Positions 10,091 to 19,479 of a DNA stretch of 64,000 nt are shown piece after piece. Both the position numbers and the translations under genes were made by a program. Position 1 is the stretch's first letter. The number at the start of each line of letters is the position of its first letter. Source of the DNA: an uncultured Chloroflexia bacterium (GTDB taxonomy: Bacteria; Chloroflexota; Anaerolineae; Anaerolineales; Anaerolineaceae); assembly GCA_963752535.1 (NCBI GenBank), contig CAVVYT010000003.1, forward strand, positions 138,032 through 202,031. Reading direction: 5' to 3'. The notes under the pieces were generated by a model. It searched no databases and was not told the origin of the DNA. It was given only the letters and a program-made list of their open reading frames with translations.

Positions 10091-10813
10091 ATGGCCGAAG
10101 AACAAATCCGCCGGAAAATAATGGTCGTTGATGATGAAGAACGGATGGTTCGCTTCATCCGTTTAAACCTCGAACACGATGGGTTTCAAGTCGTGGAGGC
10201 ATTCCGCGGTTCCCAGGCTATTCAAGTATTGCGTGACCAATTACCAGACCTGGTTCTATTGGACGTGATGATGCCGGATATCGACGGATTTGAAGTCCTC
10301 AAGATGATCCGGGAGATCAATTCTGTTCCAGTGATCATGCTCACTGCGAAGAGTGAAGAGGATGATAAAGTCCACGGCCTGGAATTGGGAGCGGACGACT
10401 ATATCACCAAACCGTTCAGCCCACGTGAGCTGGTCAGCCGGGTAAAAGCCGTTCTTCGCAGAGCGGAAGCCATCAGCGGTACCGTCAGAGGGTTGATCGA
10501 AGTGGATGAACGATTAAAGATCGATTTCGATCGACATGAGGTTTGGCTTAACGGAGAGCTGGTCAAACTCAGACCGACTGAATACAGACTGCTCTACCAT
10601 CTGGTCCAAAATGCCGGGTGGGTGATCACACATGATCAGATTTTGGCCAAGGTCTGGGGTTATGAATATAGGGATGAGCCGCATTATGTGCGGTTATACA
10701 TCAATTACCTGCGTCAAAAGTTGGAGGAAGATCAGGCTAATCCCAAATACATCCTCACGGAACGCGGAATAGGTTATCGTTTTGTAGATTTTCGCCGAAA
10801 TAAACTTACTTGA
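10091..10813 (+). CDS. OmpR-family response regulator (REC + winged helix)
   Basis: REC motifs VVDDE, DLVLLDVMMPDIDG and LTAK. C-terminal LRPTEYRLL...GIGYRF winged-helix signature. Confidence 0.9.
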   Translation: MAEEQIRRKIMVVDDEERMVRFIRLNLEHDGFQVVEAFRGSQAIQVLRDQLPDLVLLDVMMPDIDGFEVLKMIREINSVPVIMLTAKSEEDDKVHGLELGADDYITKPFSPRELVSRVKAVLRRAEAISGTVRGLIEVDERLKIDFDRHEVWLNGELVKLRPTEYRLLYHLVQNAGWVITHDQILAKVWGYEYRDEPHYVRLYINYLRQKLEEDQANPKYILTERGIGYRFVDFRRNKLT

Positions 10814-10896
10814 TTCTGCAATTCGGACTAATTAAATCTGATTAACCTTGATTAAGAGCCATCCCTCGCTTATACTCGAGGGAGAGGAAGATTAAG

Positions 10897-11550
10897 ATGG
10901 CAAAACAACGGATATTATTGGTGGATGACCACGAAGTAGTCCGGTTAGGACTTAAAGCCTTATTGGAGCATCATCCACAATTTGATGTTGTCGGCGAAGC
11001 GGGTACTGCCAGAGAAGCGCTTGAAAAAGTGGGCACTCTGCACCCTGAAGTCGTCGTCATGGACATCCGGTTGCCAGGTACTTCCGGTATTGAGGCATGC
11101 GAACAGATTACCAGGGATTTCCCATCCACCCGGGTGATCATGCTGACTTCTTATGCGGAGGATGAAATGCTCTTTTCTGCGATTCGGGCAGGAGCCTCCG
11201 GATATGTATTGAAACAGATCGGCGGCGAAGACTTGATTCGCGCCCTCGAAACAATTGGCCGGGGCGAGAGCATGCTCGATCCGGCTGTCACCCAACGTGT
11301 CTTCCAGGAAGTCCGGCGGGCTGTGAAGGAAGAGGAAGCGTCTGCGTTCGTTAACTTAAGTCAGCAGGAAAAACATGTTCTCATCCTGGTATCAGAGGGG
11401 AAAACGAACCGGGAGATTGCCAAGTCCCTTTTTCTTGGGGAAGGCACCGTCCGCAACTATGTCAGCAGCATTTTATCCAAACTGGTGGTATCCAATCGCG
11501 CGGAAGCCGCAGCCTATGCGGTGGAACACAATCTTCGGGAATACTTATAA
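10897..11550 (+). CDS. NarL/LuxR-family response regulator (REC + HTH)
   Basis: REC motifs [19 protein letters not shown] and MLTSY. C-terminal [22 protein letters not shown]...[12 protein letters not shown] LuxR HTH. Confidence 0.9.
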   Translation: MAKQRILLVDDHEVVRLGLKALLEHHPQFDVVGEAGTAREALEKVGTLHPEVVVMDIRLPGTSGIEACEQITRDFPSTRVIMLTSYAEDEMLFSAIRAGASGYVLKQIGGEDLIRALETIGRGESMLDPAVTQRVFQEVRRAVKEEEASAFVNLSQQEKHVLILVSEGKTNREIAKSLFLGEGTVRNYVSSILSKLVVSNRAEAAAYAVEHNLREYL

Positions 11551-11562
11551 TCAACGGCGTTG

Positions 11563-11590
11563 AAACCCGGGCATGAGCCCGGGTTTTTTT
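11563..11590 (+). terminator. Intrinsic terminator after the regulator operon
   Basis: Stem AAACCCGGGC, loop ATGA, stem GCCCGGGTTT, followed by a T7 run. It abuts the stop of the convergent minus-strand gene. Confidence 0.8.
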
Positions 11591-12432
11591 ATATGCCAGC
11601 CCAGAGTTTTTTAAAATACAGCGCGTCTTCCTCAAGAATGGGCGATTCGCACATGATCCGACCGCCGCAGTGGAATTTTTTCAACGCACGAAATAGCCCG
11701 TCCACATCCAAATCCAAATCTTGTGCCGGAAGATGTTCCTTTTCCCCTTTCGGGCCATAGGCGATACCGCTCAAATGAATATGGAGATGCCGTAGAGCAT
11801 CCGCACCCAGTGATTCAGCATACATCTCCAAAACCATCGACCATTCCTCATAGGAATTCATCGAGCCATCACCCTTCCGGGCATGAAGATGAGCGAAATC
11901 CAGACAAGGTTTCACATCTCCCTGGATCTGGCTCATCAACAGCGTATCTTCCAAAGAGCCAAGCATGGCTGATTTTCCCATCGTCTCCGGGCGAAGGGTC
12001 ACTTGGATTTTATTTTTCGCCAATTCATCCGTACATTCTTTCAAACGCGGAAGCGCGACCTCCAGCACCTGAACAACCGGCTGTCCAAAGTAGGATCCGG
12101 GGTGGAAAATGATATCGGTTGCACCCGCAAGAGATCCATAATAGGCAGCATCCATCAGCCGTTTCCGCGACTTGGGCCATTCCTCTGCATCGGCATTCAG
12201 ATTAATAAAGTAGGGGGCATGAACGCTAAGGTGGACATCCAACCGGGCAGCTTCCGCTTTGATCAACAGGCAGGTTTCTTCGCTGACCCTGACCGATTGC
12301 ACCCAGCCCAATTCGAAGGCATTCAATCCAAGGGAAGCCAATTGTTGAATAGCGCCCAGACTGCCACCCGGTTTTTTGGGCGTGGATATTGGGCGAACCA
12401 ACTGTACCAAACCGAAAATCTTGTTCTGCCAT
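11589..12432 (-). pseudogene. TIM-barrel AP-endonuclease-2 / endonuclease IV-like protein, 1 frameshift as assembled
   Basis: N-terminal MAEQDFRFGTVGSP (frame of 12226..12432) continues as ISTPKKPGGSLGAIQQLASLGLNAFELGWV... (frame of 11589..12410). The junction at ~12385 lies in a short C/A run. Confidence 0.7.
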
Positions 12433-12439
12433 AGTTATC

Positions 12440-12826
12440 TCACTTCCAAATAACTTCCAGACGCGACCAGAGGGGAGGACCCAGGATCAATAGGCCGATC
12501 ACGAGAGCTGAAAGAGCAGCGATCAGTACCGCGGCAGCGCCGACATCTTTCCCCACCTTCGCAAGGGGATGCCTGGTGGGACTTGCGAGATCCACCACCG
12601 CTTCGAGGGAGGTATTGATGAATTCAGCAGCCCAGACCAGGGCAATTGCCAGGATCAACACTGCCCAATCCCTGGCAGGCAATCCCAACCAGGATGCCAG
12701 GAGCAAGACCAGGCCGGTCGCCAGAACGTGAAGCCAGGCGTTTTCCTGGGTTTTCAGTACATAATTCCACCCGGCAAACGCATGTTTGAATGCGTGAAAT
12801 CTGCGTAGAATAAATCTTCCTACCAA
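12440..12826 (-). CDS. dgkA: Diacylglycerol/undecaprenol kinase family protein
   Basis: 128 aa, three TM segments, N-terminal FKHAFAGWNYVLKTQENAWLH typical of DgkA. Sits directly downstream of ybeY, as in many bacteria. Confidence 0.85.
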   Translation of the reverse strand: MVGRFILRRFHAFKHAFAGWNYVLKTQENAWLHVLATGLVLLLASWLGLPARDWAVLILAIALVWAAEFINTSLEAVVDLASPTRHPLAKVGKDVGAAAVLIAALSALVIGLLILGPPLWSRLEVIWK

Positions 12827-12827
12827 T

Positions 12828-13286
12828 TCATGACTCCAGTGAGGTAAATGAATGCATGGATATTCCGAGGGCGCTCAAGATTTCAGCTTGACGTTTCCAC
12901 ATTCCGGTCCGCTCTTCATGTGTGGAATGGTCATACTTGAGGAGATGAAGGACGCCGTGAACGACCAGTAAGTTCAGCTCATCGGATACGGAATGCTGCT
13001 CAGCTACCGCTTGCTTTCGGGCATGCGGATAAGACAGGATGATATCCCCAAAATAGGGAAGGTCCGTGTCAGGGTCCAATTCTTCAGAAGGGAAGGAAAG
13101 CACATCCGTGGCGGCATCCACCTTACGGAAGGAGAAGTTCAGTTCCCTGATCTCTTTATCCCCGGTCAAGACAATGGTTAGGTCTCCGGTCTTCCCTTCC
13201 AGGCGTAAAACCATCTCCGCCGCGCCAACCAATAAGTCATCAACAGGATATTTGCGGTAATACGGACGAATCTGGAGATCGATCAT
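12828..13286 (-). CDS. ybeY: rRNA maturation endoribonuclease YbeY
   Basis: HGVLHLLKYDH zinc-binding motif. 152 aa. Confidence 0.9.
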   Translation of the reverse strand: MIDLQIRPYYRKYPVDDLLVGAAEMVLRLEGKTGDLTIVLTGDKEIRELNFSFRKVDAATDVLSFPSEELDPDTDLPYFGDIILSYPHARKQAVAEQHSVSDELNLLVVHGVLHLLKYDHSTHEERTGMWKRQAEILSALGISMHSFTSLES

Positions 13287-15391
13287 CAGATGGTCACATC
13301 TCCATCCGGCGGAGTTGGTAATTCAGGATAGACGATCCGTTGGTGGTAGATCCCCATCAGGGAGTTACGGAAAGATTCCGCGATCACATTCAGATCGTTC
13401 AACGTCAATTTTGTCTGGATCAATTGTTCTTCCTTGATCGCATAATCGATCACTTTCTTGATAATCGATACGATATCGGCTTCATTTTTTGGCAGGTCCG
13501 CTCTTGCACGAGCTTCGCATCCATCCGCCAGCATGATCAAGGCAGTCTCACGTGAACGGGGAGCAGGACCTGGATACCTGAAAAGGGATGGGTCCACCTG
13601 ATCGATCATCCCGCCCATCTTTTCAACCGCCCGGTTGAATTGATAGTGGGTCAATCGTGTCCCGTGGTGTTCCATGACGAAATCGGTTATGCGTGGCGGA
13701 AGGCGGAACTTTCTCGCCAGGTCTCGGCCATCTGGCACATGCTTGATGATGATCGCTGCCGAAATCGCCGGATCTATCTTATCGTGTGGATTCTCGCTGC
13801 CTTTCACCTGATTTTCGATGAAATACTGCGGATTCATCGCCTTGCCGACATCGTGGTAAAGGGCGCCAACCCGCACCATCAGGGAATCGGCGTTGATCTT
13901 TTCAGCCGCCTGTTCAGCCAGATTCGCCACCTGGAGGCTGTGTTGATATGTCCCCGCGGCATTCCGCAACAGGAGTTGCAGTAATGGATGATCTGGACGG
14001 GAGATTTCCATCAACTGTAACGCTGTGGTCATTCCCAGGATCTGTGAGAGAACAAATTGCAGGATCAACGTCACACTGGCCGCGGCCAGGCCGTTCGTCA
14101 GGGCGGCTCCACCCAGAGTGACCAGACCCACCCAATCGGTGGTCGGATCGCCCAGACGGAATGCGAGAATCGCCAGGAAATTCGCAGTCGTTATCGCAAT
14201 ACTGGCATAAAAGAATGAGGCAATTTTCCGCCCCCGGCCCAATACCAGAATTCCTGTCAGACTACCCATCATGTAATATAGGATAATCTCCAGGCTGCCT
14301 GGCAGATTGTAACCAGCTAATATGCTCAAGACCAGCGAAAAGACCAGGCTGATCTCCAAATTAAAGGCGATCGTCATCGTCAAACCGAATGCAGCCAACG
14401 GAAAGATGAATGGCAGGATCGTTCTGAATGGAATCACAAACCGGACAGATAACAGAAATAGATTGAACATCAACGCAATCAGGATCACGCTTCGCAGATC
14501 ATCCAACGGATTTGCCCGCCTGCGGGTTGAATACAACCCGATGATCACACTCAAGATCAACACCAGGGCAACGGAACCCAGGAAGCTGCTCAAACGATTA
14601 TCCTGACCGGTCAATCCAAGGATTTGAAGCGCTTCCAGATCTTCTGGCCGGACGATCTGACCATGCTGTACGATCAGTTGCCCGGTTGCGAACGAACGAA
14701 CAACCGGCTCAACCCCTTTTTCCGCTTCGACTCGGGCTTGTTCGGTCAATTCAGCGCTGATGATGCTGTTCGGCATAATCAATGGAGACACCAACTCGGT
14801 GATCAGCTTCACCTGATCTCCGGTGAAGGATACATCCACCAACGAACCGATATTTCTTCGAATTGTGATGAGGTTGTCCTCACGGATGGTGACCCGCATG
14901 GCGTCATCCAATACATTGAACGCTTCTTTCTGGACGGCTGCCCAGCGAGTATTACTCAATGTGATGATCCGTTGGATCGATTCCGTGGTCAGTTTTACTT
15001 CGGCCAGCGCCATCAGATCCTGTGTCTTCTGCTCCATCGTGGAGTGTGTATCGTCACGCGCATTGGTGATAAAGCGCAACACTTCGTTTAGTTTTTCGAG
15101 TTGGTTTTTCTTGATCGTGGGGTCAACAGGCAAATAAACCGGTGGTATCGCCGCGCGAGCTTGAAGCCTGGCATTTTTGGTCAGAGTATCTGATTCAAAA
15201 TTGAAGGTCTTGGGTGATTGGATGTCCTGGATGGCCACGTCCCCCACCTGGATGGAGTACACGCCTGATCGGGATGAGACCGGGGCGTTCAGGATTACCA
15301 GGGCAAATATGGCGGAAATTAATAAGATAAATAACTTCAGCGAACCTTGCCGTTTCCCCTGTATATTGATCGATTCCGGGAAAGCTAACAT
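13286..15391 (-). CDS. pgpH: 7TM-HD membrane phosphohydrolase (PgpH-like)
   Basis: Signal/TM segment, extracytoplasmic domain, 7 TM helices, then an HD domain (HSLQVANLAE...GALYHDVGK). Sits upstream of ybeY, the conserved context. Confidence 0.85.
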   Translation of the reverse strand: MLAFPESINIQGKRQGSLKLFILLISAIFALVILNAPVSSRSGVYSIQVGDVAIQDIQSPKTFNFESDTLTKNARLQARAAIPPVYLPVDPTIKKNQLEKLNEVLRFITNARDDTHSTMEQKTQDLMALAEVKLTTESIQRIITLSNTRWAAVQKEAFNVLDDAMRVTIREDNLITIRRNIGSLVDVSFTGDQVKLITELVSPLIMPNSIISAELTEQARVEAEKGVEPVVRSFATGQLIVQHGQIVRPEDLEALQILGLTGQDNRLSSFLGSVALVLILSVIIGLYSTRRRANPLDDLRSVILIALMFNLFLLSVRFVIPFRTILPFIFPLAAFGLTMTIAFNLEISLVFSLVLSILAGYNLPGSLEIILYYMMGSLTGILVLGRGRKIASFFYASIAITTANFLAILAFRLGDPTTDWVGLVTLGGAALTNGLAAASVTLILQFVLSQILGMTTALQLMEISRPDHPLLQLLLRNAAGTYQHSLQVANLAEQAAEKINADSLMVRVGALYHDVGKAMNPQYFIENQVKGSENPHDKIDPAISAAIIIKHVPDGRDLARKFRLPPRITDFVMEHHGTRLTHYQFNRAVEKMGGMIDQVDPSLFRYPGPAPRSRETALIMLADGCEARARADLPKNEADIVSIIKKVIDYAIKEEQLIQTKLTLNDLNVIAESFRNSLMGIYHQRIVYPELPTPPDGDVTI

Positions 15392-15392
15392 A

Positions 15393-15845
15393 TTATTGTT
15401 GTTGCTGCAAGATCGAACGGACCGCTGCGCTGATCTGATCGTTGGGCGCCCTGCCCTGTACCTGGGGGATCAACACTTTCATCACCTTACCCATGTCAGA
15501 GATCGATGCTGCGCCGGTTTCCTGGATCGCCTGGGTCACCAGTTGATTCAATTCATCGCTGCTCAGCTGTTGGGGTAGGTACCCTTCCAGGACTTTGATT
15601 TCCTTGAGTAGATCTTCGATCATGGCCGGCCGATTCGCTTTTTCGGCATCAGAGATGCTTTCCTTGCGACTCTTGATCTCTTTTTGAATGAGACCGGTGA
15701 TCGCGTTATCGTCGGGCACAGAACCTTTTTCAACCTGGCTTAATTTGATTGAAGTTAGAGCCAGCCGAATGGTTGATTTGCGTATCTCATCTCCGGTTCG
15801 CATTGCATCCTTGAGATCATTTTCAAGGCGTGATTTCAGATCCAT
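15393..15845 (-). CDS. GatB/YqeY domain protein
   Basis: 150 aa. LKDAMRTGDEIRKSTIRLALTSIK... is typical of the YqeY family. Confidence 0.85.
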   Translation of the reverse strand: MDLKSRLENDLKDAMRTGDEIRKSTIRLALTSIKLSQVEKGSVPDDNAITGLIQKEIKSRKESISDAEKANRPAMIEDLLKEIKVLEGYLPQQLSSDELNQLVTQAIQETGAASISDMGKVMKVLIPQVQGRAPNDQISAAVRSILQQQQ

Positions 15846-15860
15846 TGGTTTTTCCTACTT

Positions 15861-16502
15861 TCAAATTCCCCGTATTTTTCCGGAGAACAATTGTCTTTCC
15901 TCATTTGACAGGTTCATTACTATCTCATTATATTCAAAAACCGTGCGATATACAGCAGCCTGGTACACCTGTGGGAAAAGACTGCTTCGATCCGGGTAAT
16001 CGATATTCAATCTGGCATGTGAATCAGATGGAAAAAGAAATCCCAATCGGCGGCCAATCCACGGGAGAAAGGTGATCATTTCCCAGGGGGAGTAAAACCT
16101 GCCCGATGCCAGGCGTTCGTTAGCCGTTATATCAGGGAGAAGTATATCATCCCGGGGGAAGTCGGCAGATGATGCGGTGCTTTTCAGCTCACTCCACAGG
16201 GGGATGTAATTGCTATGCGCATAATAATCCTGCGAAACGTGGGTCAGCTTTCCGAAGCAATCCCAGGCATCTTCAACCCGCTTCTGCTTTCTGAGAGAAT
16301 TCGTTATCCCCTCCCGCATACGGATAATATACTGATCCGCTTCACGGAAAGCACAGTCATCATAATGATATTCAGGATGGTTGAATTGCCCGGCCAGGCT
16401 ATCCTGATTGATGTTGGATGCGAGGATGATTTCCATGGCGCGCGGGGAAAAGTGCTCTCCGATCGCATCCCGGGTGATGGAGAGATGATATTGGGTCAGC
16501 AT
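15861..16502 (-). CDS. Hypothetical protein with HET-C / zinc phospholipase C-like His motifs
   Basis: 213 aa. HLSITRDAI near the N-terminus, NHPEYHYDD, and LTHVSQDYYAHSNY, which resembles the HxxQDFYxHSN signature as I recall it. The start overlaps the comEA stop by 1 nt. The CDS call is firm; the family call is tentative. Confidence 0.5.
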   Translation of the reverse strand: MLTQYHLSITRDAIGEHFSPRAMEIILASNINQDSLAGQFNHPEYHYDDCAFREADQYIIRMREGITNSLRKQKRVEDAWDCFGKLTHVSQDYYAHSNYIPLWSELKSTASSADFPRDDILLPDITANERLASGRFYSPWEMITFLPWIGRRLGFLFPSDSHARLNIDYPDRSSLFPQVYQAAVYRTVFEYNEIVMNLSNEERQLFSGKIRGI

Positions 16503-17035
16503 TAGCGAATGATCACCAATTCTCGAATGTTCGTGAAAACATCCGCTGATATGCCAGTCACTTCCTGCAATTCTTCCACCGAAGTGAAAAGGCCGTGTTC
16601 CGTTCGAAAGTCGATGATGGCCTGCGCCCTGGTTTTTCCGATCCCGGGTAATCGATCCAATTCTGCGAGAGTGGCTTGATTGATATCCAGCAATTGATCG
16701 ATGGGAGCTGAATCGACATTCTGATTGGATGGGATCGTGACCTTATCCCCGTCTTGCAGCCGCTTGGCCAGGTTGAGAGTATCCGTTCTCGCAGCGGATG
16801 TAAAACCACCCGCCATCGCGACCGCATCCTGGATCCGGCTGCCGGCCGGAAGGGTATAAACGCCTGGTTTGCTGACGGCGCCATCCAGGTGAACGACTAG
16901 TGAGATCGGCGAGGCAGGGGTTAATACGACTGGCTTACCCCGCGGAGGACTGGAGATAATAAACCCAACGGCTGTGAAAACCACGCCTGCCAGAAATATC
17001 AATGCTGTATACTGCCACGTTTTCAAGGGAGTCAT
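16502..17035 (-). CDS. comEA: ComEA-like DNA-binding protein (TM + SLBB + helix-hairpin-helix)
   Basis: N-terminal TM segment and C-terminal INQATLAELDRLPGIGKTRAQAIIDFR HhH motif. Confidence 0.85.
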   Translation of the reverse strand: MTPLKTWQYTALIFLAGVVFTAVGFIISSPPRGKPVVLTPASPISLVVHLDGAVSKPGVYTLPAGSRIQDAVAMAGGFTSAARTDTLNLAKRLQDGDKVTIPSNQNVDSAPIDQLLDINQATLAELDRLPGIGKTRAQAIIDFRTEHGLFTSVEELQEVTGISADVFTNIRELVIIR

Positions 17036-17940
17036 GTCGTTGAAGGGTGGATCGTTTTTGCTTCTTCTTCCCTGGCGTACATCGCCTTAAACGCCGCGAT
17101 GGCCACTTCCAACTGACCGAGATCAGGTGTTCGGGTGGTAAGATGCTGCAATGCCAGATTAGGTTTGATCAGCCACCTGACGATGCGGTAATGAAGGTGC
17201 CGGGCTGCCCAACGAATGTACTCGTACGAGATCGCCGCCAAAACCGGCAGAAGAATGACCCGGCTCAACAATCGCCAGATCGTAGGAAGCGGACCGAGAA
17301 ATGCGAATGCAAGGATAGAGATCACAACCAATGTCAGCAAGAAGGACGTCCCACACCGGGGATGCTCCAGCGAGTAGGTGGCCACGGTTTCAGGGGTCAG
17401 TTCCGCTTTCGCTTCGAAAGCATTGATCGTCTTATGCTCCGCTCCATGATATTGAAACACCCTGCGGATATCCGGCATATAACCGATCGCCCAGATGTAG
17501 ATGATCAGCAAAAGGAGCCTGAGTAACCCTTCGAGGACGTTGCTCGCAAGTGCACTCCAACCCAGCCAGCTTTCTGCCAGTTGACCGACCCCGGCAGGAG
17601 CCAGAAAAAACAAACCGATGCCAATGGCAAGGGATGCGCCGAGAGTGAGGAAGAGCGGCCAGCCTTCAAGCTTCTCATTCTCTCCGGTCTGGGTATTCGC
17701 GGAGATCGTTAAAAATCGGATCCCAATGGCCAGGGCATCCCAAAGGCCAACCAATCCCCTCAAGAACGGGATTTTCATCCAGGAAGAGGTGTAAATACCC
17801 CCCAGTGTTTCTTCATGCATCGCAATCGAACCATCGGGCGCCCGCATCGCCATGGCGATGAAACGGGTGCCGCGCATCAGCACACCTTCGATCACAGCCT
17901 GACCGCCGTAGGAGGGAAGACGTTCCTCTGCGGCACTCAT
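17032..17940 (-). CDS. DUF1385 family membrane protein
   Basis: YGGQAVIEGVLMRG and FQYHGAEHKTINAFE signatures. Start moved to MSAAEE (17940), giving an ATGA overlap with the upstream stop. Confidence 0.8.
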   Translation of the reverse strand: MSAAEERLPSYGGQAVIEGVLMRGTRFIAMAMRAPDGSIAMHEETLGGIYTSSWMKIPFLRGLVGLWDALAIGIRFLTISANTQTGENEKLEGWPLFLTLGASLAIGIGLFFLAPAGVGQLAESWLGWSALASNVLEGLLRLLLLIIYIWAIGYMPDIRRVFQYHGAEHKTINAFEAKAELTPETVATYSLEHPRCGTSFLLTLVVISILAFAFLGPLPTIWRLLSRVILLPVLAAISYEYIRWAARHLHYRIVRWLIKPNLALQHLTTRTPDLGQLEVAIAAFKAMYAREEEAKTIHPSTT

Positions 17941-19304
17941 AGATTGTAGAAGAAGTGAATCAAAGAATCGATGCCCCGGTACCAATTGGGGATGTCCAAA
18001 CGTTCATTCGGTGCATGGATATTGTCATCCGGTAATCCAAAGCCGGTCAAAACGGATTCGGCATTCAGGATCTGCTTCATGTGGCCAACGACCGGAATAC
18101 TACCGCCTTCACGTTTGAAGACCGGACGTTTTCCCCATACGGTTTCAAGGGCTTTTTCCAGCGCTTTCACACCCGGCGTATTAAGGTCGGTGATGGAAGC
18201 CGGATTACCTGCGTGGACGAGCAATTCATAACGCATGGTATCAGGCAGATTGGCTTCGATATAGTTGATCATCGCCTGGCGAATCTCTTCCGGGTCTTGA
18301 TCAGGTACCAGTCTCATGGATACTTTCGCCATGGCATAGCACGGCAGGACGGTCTTGGAGCCTTCGCCGATAAATCCGGAGTAAAGACCATTCACGTCCA
18401 ACGTGGGACGTGCACCGGTCAATTCGACCCAGCTATAGCCCTTTTCTCCCACCAGTTTTTTCGCACCGGTGCCCTGGAGATAATAAGCTTCATCGAGGGG
18501 CAACCGGGCTAATTCTTTGCGTTCCTCCGCAGAAATAGGTCTGACCCTGTCATAAAATCCCGGTAAGGTAACCCGGTTGTCCTTATCTTTCATCCCTGCC
18601 ACCAACTGGCAAAGCACATTGGCGGGGTTTTCGACGATGCCACCGTATAAACCGGAATGGAGGTCTGTGTTCTGCCCGTAAAGACGAATTTCAAGGTAAG
18701 CCAGACCACGTAGAGCGTAGACAATGGTTGGGATGTCTGCGCTGATCATGCCTGAATCTGGATTTAATGCCAGGTCACACGCCAACAAGTCGGCATGCTC
18801 ACGCATGAATGATTCCAGATTTGGAGATCCCATCTCTTCTTCGCCTTCAAAGATGAATTTGATATTGACCGGAAATTCGCCCACCGCCTTGATGGATTCG
18901 ACTGCCTTGGACGCAGCCAGAATCTGGCCTTTCATGTCAGAAGATCCACGAGCGAATAAATAATCCCCGCGTTGAATGGGATTGAAAGGTTCCGATTTCC
19001 ACAACTCGATGGGGTCCACCGGCTGCACATCATAATGTCCATAGATCAATACAATTGGTTTATCTGGACCTGCCTTCAGCCATTCCCCATACACCACCGG
19101 ATGCTTGGCAGTGGGAAATATCTGGATATTCGTGCAATCCAATGCGCGCAGATGCACAGCCAACCATTCGGCCGCCCGCTGCATATCCTGCGTATTCTCC
19201 ACATTGGTCGATATGGATGGAATTCGAAGCAACTCAGTCAACTCTGCCAAAAATTTGGGGTGATTTTGATGAGCGTACGCGATCGCTTTTTCTCTAGTCT
19301 CCAT
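17937..19304 (-). CDS. M20-family dipeptidase/peptidase
   Basis: Motifs IYGHYDVQP, ARGSSDMKG and EGEEEMGSP. Start chosen at METREKAIAY (19304) rather than the ORF-track start at 19397. Confidence 0.85.
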   Translation of the reverse strand: METREKAIAYAHQNHPKFLAELTELLRIPSISTNVENTQDMQRAAEWLAVHLRALDCTNIQIFPTAKHPVVYGEWLKAGPDKPIVLIYGHYDVQPVDPIELWKSEPFNPIQRGDYLFARGSSDMKGQILAASKAVESIKAVGEFPVNIKFIFEGEEEMGSPNLESFMREHADLLACDLALNPDSGMISADIPTIVYALRGLAYLEIRLYGQNTDLHSGLYGGIVENPANVLCQLVAGMKDKDNRVTLPGFYDRVRPISAEERKELARLPLDEAYYLQGTGAKKLVGEKGYSWVELTGARPTLDVNGLYSGFIGEGSKTVLPCYAMAKVSMRLVPDQDPEEIRQAMINYIEANLPDTMRYELLVHAGNPASITDLNTPGVKALEKALETVWGKRPVFKREGGSIPVVGHMKQILNAESVLTGFGLPDDNIHAPNERLDIPNWYRGIDSLIHFFYNL

Positions 19305-19479
19305 GGTTCTATGCCCTTCACAGTGGTTTGTTGTGTGTGAATTATAAGTCACATCGCAATAATTTGGTTTGCAGGTAGATGGATACTGTTGAAACATCCT
19401 TACGGTAATGGAGTGGGTACCCCGTTCCGGTGAATGGCCAGTCGTTTCTTTACTATCCCCCGGAAGTCCATGAGGTCTC

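Noticed and set aside
10863-10882. Hairpin CCCTCG-8 nt-CGAGGG overlapping the Shine-Dalgarno region of the NarL-type regulator
   Set aside because: The stem is only 6 bp with no T-run. It could occur by chance, and there is not enough evidence for a regulatory call.
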